Shown here piece by piece: positions 55,443 through 63,843 of a stretch of DNA of 64,000 nucleotides (the stretch's first letter is position 1; each line of letters begins with the position of its first letter). Below the pieces are notes generated by a model. It made no database searches. It was not told the DNA's origin and was given only the letters and a program-made list of their open reading frames with translations. Location of the stretch: IMG/VR virus record IMGVR_UViG_3300046665_000548, positions 186,001 through 250,000 of that record. One strand, written 5' to 3'. Both the position numbers and the translations under genes were made by a program.

Positions 55443-55733
55443 TTATTGGAAGCCAGCAAGCTTGAAGAGGATAGCTTTATTCTCTTCTTTGAAGGCGTAG
55501 ATCGATCCCGGCTGGCCAGGATAGTGCGTCCAACTCCAATCGATAGAATAGTGCCCGACCTTCTCGTTCAACCACTCTTCAATTTCCGGCGTTATCTTGT
55601 CGTCAGAAAGGTGCCAATGCTCCAACTTATCGTTGAAACCTATAAGCTCATACGCCAACCATAGGCACCATCTTTGGGTCATCTGGCCGGTAATGCGTTG
55701 AACGATGATTGGGAGGGATAGGACGCTAGACAA
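55443..55733 (-). CDS. W..A..FKL paralog family protein
   Basis: EIEEWLNEKVG...YAFKEENKAILFKLAGFQ. Confidence 0.6.
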   Translation of the reverse strand: MSSVLSLPIIVQRITGQMTQRWCLWLAYELIGFNDKLEHWHLSDDKITPEIEEWLNEKVGHYSIDWSWTHYPGQPGSIYAFKEENKAILFKLAGFQ

Positions 55734-56010
55734 GGAATTAACCCTTCTCGTTGTCCATCGACGGACTGTCCTGCGTGTTTTGTTTTTTCATAGCGGTTTC
55801 ACACCTACCAACTCCAGCACTGGCCCGTTCGGAAAGTTCCGAGGCATTTCGGCACGGCTTTTCGATATCTTGTCCACAAAATTTACACTGCATTGCCGTC
55901 TCCTTTTCTGAGTCGCGAGCCTATCAAGAAACTATGTCGCATTCAACGGCATCGTGGGTTCCACCACTTAACGCTAAATAATCGATGCCTAACTAGGAGG
56001 TAAATTTATT

Positions 56011-57228
56011 ATGGTCACTACAGTTCCGGTAGTTCTCCCGTATGATGGGAAGTCTCTTCTACAATTCAATGCATTTCGTATCGTAAACAATTCCAGGATT
56101 GCTTCTCCTGCTCAGTTACTGAACCCTACAATCGCGGTTACCAAGGGAGTGAGTAACGTCAACTCCACGATTATTACTCCCGCGACAACAACCCTCCCCT
56201 CTATTCTTCCAACAGACAGTCGTATGCGCGTTGGTTCCGCTGGATCGCTAACCAATTTCGGTAACGGTTTCTATGGTCCGATTTACATTACCGAAGCTGG
56301 TGCCACTGCCACCGATGGCTGGTCTCTGATTTTTGAAACGGATGCGGAAGCTGTTGACGTTTGTATAAGAGAGGCACCAGGAACAAAGGTTCGTGTTCGA
56401 ATTGAAAGCCAATACTGGGTCTCGCTGTCCGACCTAGATGTTTCCGGTGACGGTTCCACAAGCACGTACGTCAAATACGATTTTGGTACAGGTAACGGTA
56501 AACCACGTCGTTGGGAAATTTGTTTCTCTGGCCCCACCCAGATTCGGGGCCTGAACGCGGGTCTGAGCACAGGCGGTTCAACGATCTCTAACAACCCATT
56601 CCGTTGCTGGAGCCCGGCGACCGGTCTTAGCACTCGTCTGATGGTCTGGGGCGATGATCTCGCTTACGGTATGGGAGCTAGCTCGATCCGCAATGGCTTC
56701 GCGTACCTGCTCGGTGAGGCTCTAGGAAGTCTAACTCCCACGCCTAGTGGTGTTTTGGGCCAGGGGCATCTCACAACCAGCGCTGGCGGCCTTGCCGCAG
56801 GTGATCGTGTTGTCGATGTCGAGCGTTTTCCTACTCTCGATATTTTGGTTGACACTTATGGTCTCTACGACCGTGGTCAAAACATCACTGATCTTCAGAA
56901 TGCTGTAACTCAGCATACTGCCGGTCTTCGTGCCGCGCTACCCAACGCGTTCATCTTCAAGATGCCTATGACGATGCCGGGTCTCTCTCTTCCGGCCGAC
57001 CGCCTCAACGCTATCATGAACGGGTTCAACAACGCTGCCGATCCAGACAGAATGGTATTTTTCGATCCGTCCACCACCCCTACGATTGGAAACGTGTTCT
57101 TTACGTCAACTAACACAACCATGTATTTCAATAGCAACGGTATTCATCTGAATGACCGTGGTCATGCGTATCTGGCTCGCCGTGTCTCGCAATTGATCTT
57201 GCGAAACCTTCGAACTTGGCAAGGCTAA
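56011..57228 (+). CDS. Virion protein with degenerate SGNH/GDSL hydrolase domain
   Basis: VWGDDLAYG (block I), GLYD (block III), NGIHLNDRGH (block V); TAAATA at 55975 and AGGAGG RBS. Confidence 0.7.
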   Translation: MVTTVPVVLPYDGKSLLQFNAFRIVNNSRIASPAQLLNPTIAVTKGVSNVNSTIITPATTTLPSILPTDSRMRVGSAGSLTNFGNGFYGPIYITEAGATATDGWSLIFETDAEAVDVCIREAPGTKVRVRIESQYWVSLSDLDVSGDGSTSTYVKYDFGTGNGKPRRWEICFSGPTQIRGLNAGLSTGGSTISNNPFRCWSPATGLSTRLMVWGDDLAYGMGASSIRNGFAYLLGEALGSLTPTPSGVLGQGHLTTSAGGLAAGDRVVDVERFPTLDILVDTYGLYDRGQNITDLQNAVTQHTAGLRAALPNAFIFKMPMTMPGLSLPADRLNAIMNGFNNAADPDRMVFFDPSTTPTIGNVFFTSTNTTMYFNSNGIHLNDRGHAYLARRVSQLILRNLRTWQG

Positions 57229-57280
57229 GGCGATCTCAATCAAACAAAAGAAGGGCACCCGAAAGGTGCCCTTTTTTACT

Positions 57281-57592
57281 TCAGAATTGAAATCGAAGAC
57301 CAATACCAACGCCCTTATCGATGAAACCGCCAGCGCCGTCTCGGTCGATGATGAAATAGTTGTACAACTCTGGACCACGCCGAAACTGATACAGTTTGTT
57401 CTCGTACCTGTCATTGTCATCTAGAGGATAAACGTTTCTGTCATCATCCAGATCGTCTCCATCAGTATTGGCGCGACTAATATCGAGAGCCGAATTATCG
57501 TCGTGGCGGCTTTTGGGCGGGGTAGATTTGGCAGTGTTCTTTGCCAATGCAGGGCTTGCCGCTAGCAATGCGATAATCAAATACTTCAACAT
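57281..57592 (-). CDS. Exported protein ending in an aromatic beta-signal-like strand
   Basis: Signal peptide MLKYLIIALLAASPALA; C-terminal GVGIGLRFQF. Confidence 0.6.
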   Translation of the reverse strand: MLKYLIIALLAASPALAKNTAKSTPPKSRHDDNSALDISRANTDGDDLDDDRNVYPLDDNDRYENKLYQFRRGPELYNYFIIDRDGAGGFIDKGVGIGLRFQF

Positions 57593-58067
57593 AGACTAAT
57601 TATAGCTGAAACGATTGTCCGCAATCAGCTTAATATTGGAAAACGATACGTCGTTCGGTACTAATAAAGGCATGAACAAGTATCTGACTCTATTCTTCAA
57701 CCTGACGGCTGGTGGTTTCATCTACCTTCTGGCCTCCGTGATGTTCTCAATCGAACTTACGTGGAGCTTGGTCGGTTTTATTATCGTCACTCAAATCGGG
57801 TGCAACATTGCGGATGCGCTCTTCCCTATAGACGGAAAAAAATAACGTGTTGAAAATTTTTATCGTTACTTACATTGCCGGATCGCTTTTTTCTGCCGCA
57901 CCAGTATCAACTGACTTTTCCGCGTGCGAAGAGCACGCTGCGAAGTGGAATGGCTTCTTCCAAACACATGAAGATTTCAAACAACTCGAAGCCAAGTGCG
58001 AGATGCATGAGCAATCCCCAACGAAGCACAATGAGTGGTATCAGCAGTCACCGATGAGACAAGACTG

Positions 58068-58388
58068 ATGACAACGCCAGACTACCCGTTCACAACAGAC
58101 GGCTGTTCCGGTGGCATGACATGGCTATGGAAAGTTCTGTTCAGGAATGATCCACCATGGAATGATCTATGCGTCGAGCATGACCGTGCTTATTGGGCTG
58201 GTGGATCGGCAAAACAGCGATGGGACGCTGACACCGCATTGATGATCGGAGTGGCTGGCCGGGGATACCCGGCATGGGCTATGCTAATGTGGCTCAGTGT
58301 CCGCCTTGGCGGACACCCATTGCTTCCTCTTCCTTGGCGATGGGCCTACGGATTCAAATATCCGCGAGGCTATTCGCCCTCTCCGTAA
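58068..58388 (+). CDS. Small protein with prokaryotic PLA2-like CxxHD motif
   Basis: TTDGCSGG...LCVEHDRAYW...ADTAL. Confidence 0.5.
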   Translation: MTTPDYPFTTDGCSGGMTWLWKVLFRNDPPWNDLCVEHDRAYWAGGSAKQRWDADTALMIGVAGRGYPAWAMLMWLSVRLGGHPLLPLPWRWAYGFKYPRGYSPSP

Positions 58389-59310
58389 ACTATAGCGCCG
58401 CGAGCTTCGCCGCGAAGAACGATCTCGGCGCATTTGATGCAAACCGCACCGTGACCTGGGCCACCGCTGCTGTCGATGGTTGTGCCGCATAGACTGCACG
58501 TGATGAGCGCCGCAGTAGCGAACGTCGGCCCGTCTGAATCCGGAATGGTGACGCGCTTCAATTCATAATATTCGAGTGGCATTACTGGCTCCCACAGTGA
58601 CAGCGATCTTTGGTGCAGTACGGCTTATGACCGTTCCCAGCGGGCTCGCTAGGGCTCTTTGGTTCTAGCTTATCAGCGAGCCTTCGGAAAGCGTCTCCTA
58701 TGCTTGTTGAAGACGAGCACGAGCTTGCTGTGTCGCGAAGAGCCTCAATTAGTCTTTTTGTATCCATTTGCTAACCTCTGCCGGAAAATTTCTGTCCGTC
58801 AGATATCACAAACCCACTCGGATCAACATAGACCTCGCCGTCCCGGCATAGGTCGTCATTCACCGTTATTGTTCGCGGTCCACTGACGTAGATTTGGTGA
58901 GCCACGAGAAACGCGTCAATGGCCGTAGCCACCTCGTCGCCCGACAGTTCAATGGTCACTCCAGGGCCGTACTCGGTCTTCCCTAGACCGCGCTTCACCA
59001 CAGGCATGATTGATTCCTAGTAATTGAACGAGCGGTGCTCATTTAACTGCGATTCCCAGTCCATCGAGACCTTATAGACCTCCATGAGCTTCGTCATGTT
59101 CGGGCCGTTGTTCTCGGCCGCGCGCTTGTGAACGTCTTCTCCGGGCATCACGCGCACTGGATAGTCAGACCAATCATAAGTGTCGCAGACCACTAACAGG
59201 TGACTAGCGCCCGTTGTTTTGGCTTCCTGGAGCCATCGTTGAATGTCTTCTCTGGTGGTTGGCATTTGTCCCTCCAAATGAAAAAGGCCGGAGTTTCCCC
59301 CGGCCTCTCT

Positions 59311-60705
59311 TTACTTGTCGCTGGCCTCATGAGCCGCGATGAACTTGATCACGTTCTCGGACCATCCGTCGATGTGAACCCACTTCGGCTTGTAGCCGAT
59401 GCCGTTCTTCTCGGTGGAGATGTTGATCAGGTAGTTGCGCTTCCCGAAGGCGTCCGCCTTGTCAGGCTTGTTCAACGGGTTGGTATCGCAATCCTGCTCG
59501 TCCGTGATAACGATCACACGATCCGCATTCTTCTCGGCCTTCGCAATCTGCTCCATGCACTGCACGAGGAAGATTCCCCCGCCACCCTGGGCGCTTGCAG
59601 CCTTGCGGATCGCATCAACCATCGCCATACCCTGGCGAGCAGGGATCAAACGAGTGTCATGGATGCGACGGCTATCCGAACCAGCCGTGGCGTAAACCAC
59701 CGGCTCTTCCGAAACACCAGACACGAAGGCAGACAAAGCCGCAGCCGTATCGAGACGGGTCAGTTCGGACTTGCGCGAGAGCATCGCGCCCATCGAACCC
59801 GACACGTCAACCACCAGAACAGTCTTGCCCGGCAGCTTCTCGATATCGGCAAGCGCACCCATCAGTGCCTGATCAAGCTCACGCTCGAACTTGGGCGCAT
59901 GACGAGCCGCCGTGATGAAGCGGAACGGGAGTACGCGGCCAGCACCCTTGCGGGCAGTGATCGCTTCCTTGATCAGCTTCGCATCGACCTTCTCCTGCTC
60001 CATCTTGCGGAGGTTCCGCAGAAGAGCGAGATAGCCAAGCTTGCCATCGGTCAGAAGACGCTCGAAAGTGTCCTTCTTGTCCGCACCGGCCGTGAGATTT
60101 GCCTCCCAAGTATCCGGGGTAGCCATCTTGTCAGCGACAAGACGCTCCCACAGGGCGCGCTGATCGACCGACTTCGGCTTCGGATGCACGAGGAAATACA
60201 CGTCGCGAAGCGTGATCGCGTTGTCGCGATTGTACTTGGCAAGCTGGTACTCATCGAACTTGAGGAACGCCTTGCGGAGGCCCTTACGCATCGCGTGAGA
60301 CATGACCTTCTTGAGCTTGTCCACACCAACGCCACGCTGCTTCGCATGGATCGCCAGCAATTCGGCAAGCTCGTCGGCACGCGTCACGACATTCGCAATC
60401 GTATCTGCGACGATTGCTCCCTTGTGCTGGGTCGCGAGGATCGAGCACAGGAGAAGCGAGACGTGTCGGAGGTTCTGCTCGTGGCGAGCCTCGATAGCGA
60501 TCTCGGCCAGGGTCTCCGGCTTCACACCATTCGCAAGCTCTACAATGCGGTCGTAGACGGACTTGCCGTCCACATAGAACGCATCCTCCCACAGGAGACA
60601 GGTCATGACGGTGCGACGCAGATTCCCCTCAACAGTCGTCTTGACCGCTTGAGCACCACCAGCCGTGAAAATCGGAGACGGCTTCTTCGCAACATTTGTT
60701 CGCAT
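59311..60705 (-). CDS. Ro60/Rsr-like TROVE plus vWA RNA-binding protein
   Basis: EARHEQNLR, RADELAE, AKYNR...LRDV.FLVHPKP, TWE, LGYLALLRNLR, VLPFRF, VDVSGSM (MIDAS), VITDEQ; GGAGGT RBS. Confidence 0.9.
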   Translation of the reverse strand: MRTNVAKKPSPIFTAGGAQAVKTTVEGNLRRTVMTCLLWEDAFYVDGKSVYDRIVELANGVKPETLAEIAIEARHEQNLRHVSLLLCSILATQHKGAIVADTIANVVTRADELAELLAIHAKQRGVGVDKLKKVMSHAMRKGLRKAFLKFDEYQLAKYNRDNAITLRDVYFLVHPKPKSVDQRALWERLVADKMATPDTWEANLTAGADKKDTFERLLTDGKLGYLALLRNLRKMEQEKVDAKLIKEAITARKGAGRVLPFRFITAARHAPKFERELDQALMGALADIEKLPGKTVLVVDVSGSMGAMLSRKSELTRLDTAAALSAFVSGVSEEPVVYATAGSDSRRIHDTRLIPARQGMAMVDAIRKAASAQGGGGIFLVQCMEQIAKAEKNADRVIVITDEQDCDTNPLNKPDKADAFGKRNYLINISTEKNGIGYKPKWVHIDGWSENVIKFIAAHEASDK

Positions 60706-60725
60706 GACATATACCTCCATCAGAT

Positions 60726-60752
60726 GCAAAAGCGGCCCCCTTGGACCGCTTT
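60726..60752 (-). terminator. Intrinsic terminator between the Y RNAs and the Ro60 RBS
   Basis: AAAGCGGTCC-AAGG-GGGCCGCTTT-T. Confidence 0.75.
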
Positions 60753-60763
60753 AGTAGAACTGG

Positions 60764-60894
60764 TAGAAAACGGAATTAGCCGAACCGGGTAACACCCCAC
60801 CCTAGAGTGAGGCTGTTGGCTTCGACGCCAACTCTGTCGGGGTTAAAACCCTAACATTCATCCTAAGTAACCCTGCTCTACGTCACGTTTTCTA
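60764..60894 (-). ncRNA. Y-RNA-like RNA A (long, degenerate tRNA-like module)
   Basis: Conserved core TGACGTA-GAGCAGGGT-TACTT...ACCCGGTTC-GGCTAATTC closed by TAGAAAACG/CGTTTTCTA. Confidence 0.8.
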
Positions 60895-60896
60895 GT

Positions 60897-60982
60897 GTAT
60901 TCGGAATTAGGCGGGAACGGTTATGGCCAGAGGCCATTCGTTATTTGACAAGCGAAGTAACCGCGCCCTACGTCACGAACAC
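60897..60982 (-). ncRNA. Y-RNA-like RNA B (short)
   Basis: Same core with a covarying stem GGGCGCGGT/ACCGTTCCC; promoter ATTGAC-N18-CTATAA at 60990-61019. Confidence 0.8.
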
Positions 60983-61035
60983 AATACACTTATAGCTGGA
61001 ACAATCCCGCCGCGTCAATACCAAATTACGAAAAA

Positions 61036-61305
61036 TTAAGCAACGATCTCGCCGCAATCCGAAGGATCGAGCGGGTTGATCATGACTGGATAATGCTTGG
61101 GCGACTGGGCGGCACGGACACACGGGGTCAGCCTGCCATTGGTGCTGCACCAGCCGGTATCGATCACGACCATATCTTCGATTGGATTGTCCTTGTTGCC
61201 GAACGGATGCTTGGAGAAATCCACCTTGATGCGCTGGCCGGGAGAGTAGGCGGTAACCGAACTGTGAAGCGGGTTCTTCTTCGACGCCTTTTGAAACCGG
61301 ACCAT
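61036..61305 (-). CDS. Hypothetical protein between the Y-RNA cassettes
   Basis: AAGGGAG RBS before MVRFQKASKK. Confidence 0.5.
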   Translation of the reverse strand: MVRFQKASKKNPLHSSVTAYSPGQRIKVDFSKHPFGNKDNPIEDMVVIDTGWCSTNGRLTPCVRAAQSPKHYPVMINPLDPSDCGEIVA

Positions 61306-61357
61306 GCAAATCTCCCTTGCTGACAACGATCTCAATCTACCACAAATTGATGATCTG

Positions 61358-61597
61358 TCAAGCACGTTTACCGAGGAAAACACGCGCGAAACGCGCGGCA
61401 TGGCGAATCAAAAGAGCAGGTTGATACCGGAACGTCGGTCCGCTCCTATTCTTGATGATCAAACGACCATTCGGATTGATCGCGTAGTCTGCGTGTTGCA
61501 ATGCAATTGGACGCTGCTTGTCATCGAGCGCTTGTGCAATAACCTCTTGGACGAACAGGATATTGCCGGATTTGTCATAGCAACGACGATACAACAT
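61358..61597 (-). CDS. Hypothetical protein between the Y-RNA cassettes
   Basis: AGGAG RBS. Confidence 0.55.
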   Translation of the reverse strand: MLYRRCYDKSGNILFVQEVIAQALDDKQRPIALQHADYAINPNGRLIIKNRSGPTFRYQPALLIRHAARFARVFLGKRA

Positions 61598-61611
61598 CGA
61601 AATCTCCTAAT

Positions 61612-61643
61612 GAAAAAGGCGGCCCCTCTTGCGAAGAACCGCC
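61612..61643 (-). terminator. Intrinsic terminator after Y RNA C
   Basis: GGCGG-TTCTT-CGC-AAGAG-GGG-CCGCC followed by TTTTT. Confidence 0.8.
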
Positions 61644-61661
61644 CTAATCAGGGTGCTTAAG

Positions 61662-61800
61662 TGGAAGACGGAATTAGGCGAACCGGGTCAGCTAGCGCTC
61701 TACCGCTGAGCTACCTAAACCTTGCGGCCTAGGGTTGGATTCGAACCAACGACCTCTCGTTTATCATACGAAGTAACCCTGCTCTACGTCACGTCTTCCA
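61662..61800 (-). ncRNA. YrlA-type Y RNA C (circularly permuted tRNA mimic)
   Basis: Order: T arm GTTGG-TTCGAAT-CCAAC, closed acceptor-like hairpin CCTAGGCC-GCAA-GGTTTAGG, D arm TAGCTCAGCGGTAGAGC, inside the shared core and TGGAAGACG/CGTCTTCCA. Confidence 0.88.
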
Positions 61801-61802
61801 TT

Positions 61803-61874
61803 GTACCGAGAATTAGGCTCGGACGGTCTTTTTAGCATTCAAAGCGAAGTAACCGCTCGATACGTCATCGGTAC
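61803..61874 (-). ncRNA. Y-RNA-like RNA D (minimal, 72 nt)
   Basis: GTACCGA/TCGGTAC closing stem, TCGAGCGGT/ACCGTCCGA inner stem, same conserved loops. Confidence 0.8.
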
Positions 61875-61881
61875 CGCGTCG

Positions 61882-61910
61882 ATATAGTCGAAGCACGCGA
61901 GACCGTCAAG
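61882..61910 (-). promoter_or_regulatory. Rhizobial-type sigma70 promoter CTTGAC-N17-CTATAT
   Basis: Exact match to the Sinorhizobium RpoD consensus; predicted TSS coincides with the 5' end of RNA D. Confidence 0.8.
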
Positions 61911-61926
61911 ACCAAATACGAAAATA

Positions 61927-62214
61927 TTAGCCCCAGGCTAGCTTGAACGAAATGGCGTCGCGATGATCCGCAAACCAGAATTTCAGCATGTTTTCTTGGA
62001 AAAAGGGGTGCATCGTTCGAGTTTCTTGGATGACGTGTTTGCTCACGAACACAGGAGGTTTGGTCCCGGTCTCGAAAAACCAATCGATCAACTCGGAGTC
62101 GAGCTTGCAGTGAACCTCCCGCTGTAGACCGTCGCCGCATCCGAAAGAGACGATGTTCTCTTCCATGACATGGGGGAAATCTTTATACGGAATTTCGACT
62201 ACGAGTTCGTGCAT
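61927..62214 (-). CDS. W..DA..FKLxW paralog family protein
   Basis: ELIDWFFETG...FWFADHRDAISFKLAWG. Confidence 0.65.
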   Translation of the reverse strand: MHELVVEIPYKDFPHVMEENIVSFGCGDGLQREVHCKLDSELIDWFFETGTKPPVFVSKHVIQETRTMHPFFQENMLKFWFADHRDAISFKLAWG

Positions 62215-62227
62215 GACCTTGGATTGT

Positions 62228-62317
62228 TGGCGGAGCAGGAGGGATTCGAACCCTCGGTACGGTTACCCGTACAACACCTTTCCAGGGTGTCACAATCGGC
62301 CACTCTGTCACCGCTCC
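62228..62317 (-). tRNA. tRNA-Ser(GGA)
   Basis: GGAGCGG/CTGCTCC, ACACC-CTGGAAA-GGTGT, long variable arm, GCCA. Confidence 0.95.
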
Positions 62318-62541
62318 ATATGCATTCATTTAGCTTGGCATTTTGGTGAATGCAATTTTCTTAACCCCGCTTACCTATCAGCGAGAAGGGCAACGGCGTT
62401 GTTCAATCTTTTGTCGCAACTGGTGAACGAGCGCATGTTGTGCGCACAACTCAGGCTCAGTCGAGTCCCACCCATATTTGGTAATCATTTTCGACAGCTT
62501 AGTAAGCTCGTTTCTCAGTTTGTCTTCATCTGTCATCTTGA

Positions 62542-63843
62542 TCACGCAATGAGTTGATTTCTGGCGGCAGGATCGCTTAAGAAAATCGGTTCGCCAAGTA
62601 AGTTTTCTTCGGCCTCCGAGAGACCTTGAACACGCCAATCACGACCAGACGTGAAAATCGCTTTGGTTAGCGGCATCGGCGGCAAATATTCACCTAAAGA
62701 GTCGAAGATCAGATTCGCCACGACAGGTCGAATATCACGAAGGCGAGCTTCCCGTTCAGGCCGTTCGAGGTTTACGTAACCGTGCTCGGAAAGGTGCGCG
62801 ATGATCCCGGCCTCAAGACTTCCCATCTTCTGCTTCTTTTGCGGCAGATACGGAACAAGCCACTCCTGCTCGTACGCGATGGGCGCAACCGAATAGGCGT
62901 TGCCGGTCTTGAGGATTTCGTCTTCCTCGTTTGCTTTGATGTGCAGGATGATGCTCGACACGTGATCCATCAACGGCACACCCGGCGTGTAGATGCACAG
63001 GTTGCACAGATGAATATCATCTTGTTTTGTAAAGACTGAAAGTTTAGCCCCACCATGCGAGGACAGAATTTTTCCTGTCTTCTCGATCTCGTATGTACAG
63101 TGCTTGCCTTCGATCCTAATCTTGTCACCGCTCAGGAACAGACGAGTGGTCGCCTTGCCGAGTAATTTTTCGCTCATCGCCACTGAACGACGAACCACCT
63201 TTCGATCCTGTTTGATCTGCTGGCGAATATAAGCGGACGCCTTTTCTACGTCTTGCTCTCGATAGGCCAAATCATTTGCGCCCGGCTCAGCGCCCAGGCT
63301 GCGACGAAGCTCATCAAGCGCGACAACTTGGTTCTGCCGACGACTCTCATAAAGATCGTTCGAAATCTTGAGCGCACGATCCAGACCGGGCACGGAATAG
63401 CCCTCCAGATCGTTATAGGCGCGCACACAGCCGCGTTTGAGAACGCTGAGGCTGTTCCATAGCCCGAAGCGCTGATCGACCTTACGGAGCGCCGCATCGG
63501 TCACCTCGGTCAAACCGAAATCGACTATCGATGACGAGATATGGCGAATAATCTCTTCGACTTGCGAGCCGGTCGATTCATAGACGGCTCGCGACGCAGC
63601 GAGGCGTTCTTCTGGCTTCTCCGCGCGCCACTTAACTAAACGCTCTTCGCAATACAGACCCATATCGGCAAGCGTGTGTATGTGCGCGCGGTGTTTCTTC
63701 CGCCGCCTACCCTCGGGATAGCCGTCGATGTACTGGTTCACGTCCTCCGCATGATACATGAAGTACCAATGCGTGTCGTTCGCGATGTGCAAGCACTCGA
63801 CGGAACAGTCTAGGAAATATTGGATATCCGGTGCTGCTGGCAT
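62542..63843 (-). CDS. Hypothetical protein (433 aa)
   Basis: Long ORF, TGATG-coupled to an upstream ORF that runs off the window. Confidence 0.7.
   Translation of the reverse strand: MPAAPDIQYFLDCSVECLHIANDTHWYFMYHAEDVNQYIDGYPEGRRRKKHRAHIHTLADMGLYCEERLVKWRAEKPEERLAASRAVYESTGSQVEEIIRHISSSIVDFGLTEVTDAALRKVDQRFGLWNSLSVLKRGCVRAYNDLEGYSVPGLDRALKISNDLYESRRQNQVVALDELRRSLGAEPGANDLAYREQDVEKASAYIRQQIKQDRKVVRRSVAMSEKLLGKATTRLFLSGDKIRIEGKHCTYEIEKTGKILSSHGGAKLSVFTKQDDIHLCNLCIYTPGVPLMDHVSSIILHIKANEEDEILKTGNAYSVAPIAYEQEWLVPYLPQKKQKMGSLEAGIIAHLSEHGYVNLERPEREARLRDIRPVVANLIFDSLGEYLPPMPLTKAIFTSGRDWRVQGLSEAEENLLGEPIFLSDPAARNQLIA

Noticed and set aside
59200-60792. 530-aa plus-strand ORF opposite the TROVE gene (likewise 41738-43240 opposite the AAA ATPase and 4230-5174 opposite NYN)
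   Set aside because: Shadow ORFs typical of GC-rich codon usage; the opposite strand carries the recognisable motifs.
60764-61874. Repeated GAATTAG...GAAGTAACC...TACGTCAC motifs read as a CRISPR-like repeat-spacer array
   Set aside because: The repeats are bipartite, vary with compensatory base changes, are unevenly spaced, and no cas genes are present. A structured RNA family next to Ro60 explains them better.
62318-62400. Attenuator upstream of tRNA-Ser(GGA)
   Set aside because: Only a TGCATTCA/TGAATGCA hairpin is present; there is no Ser-rich leader, exact late promoter or U-tract terminator.
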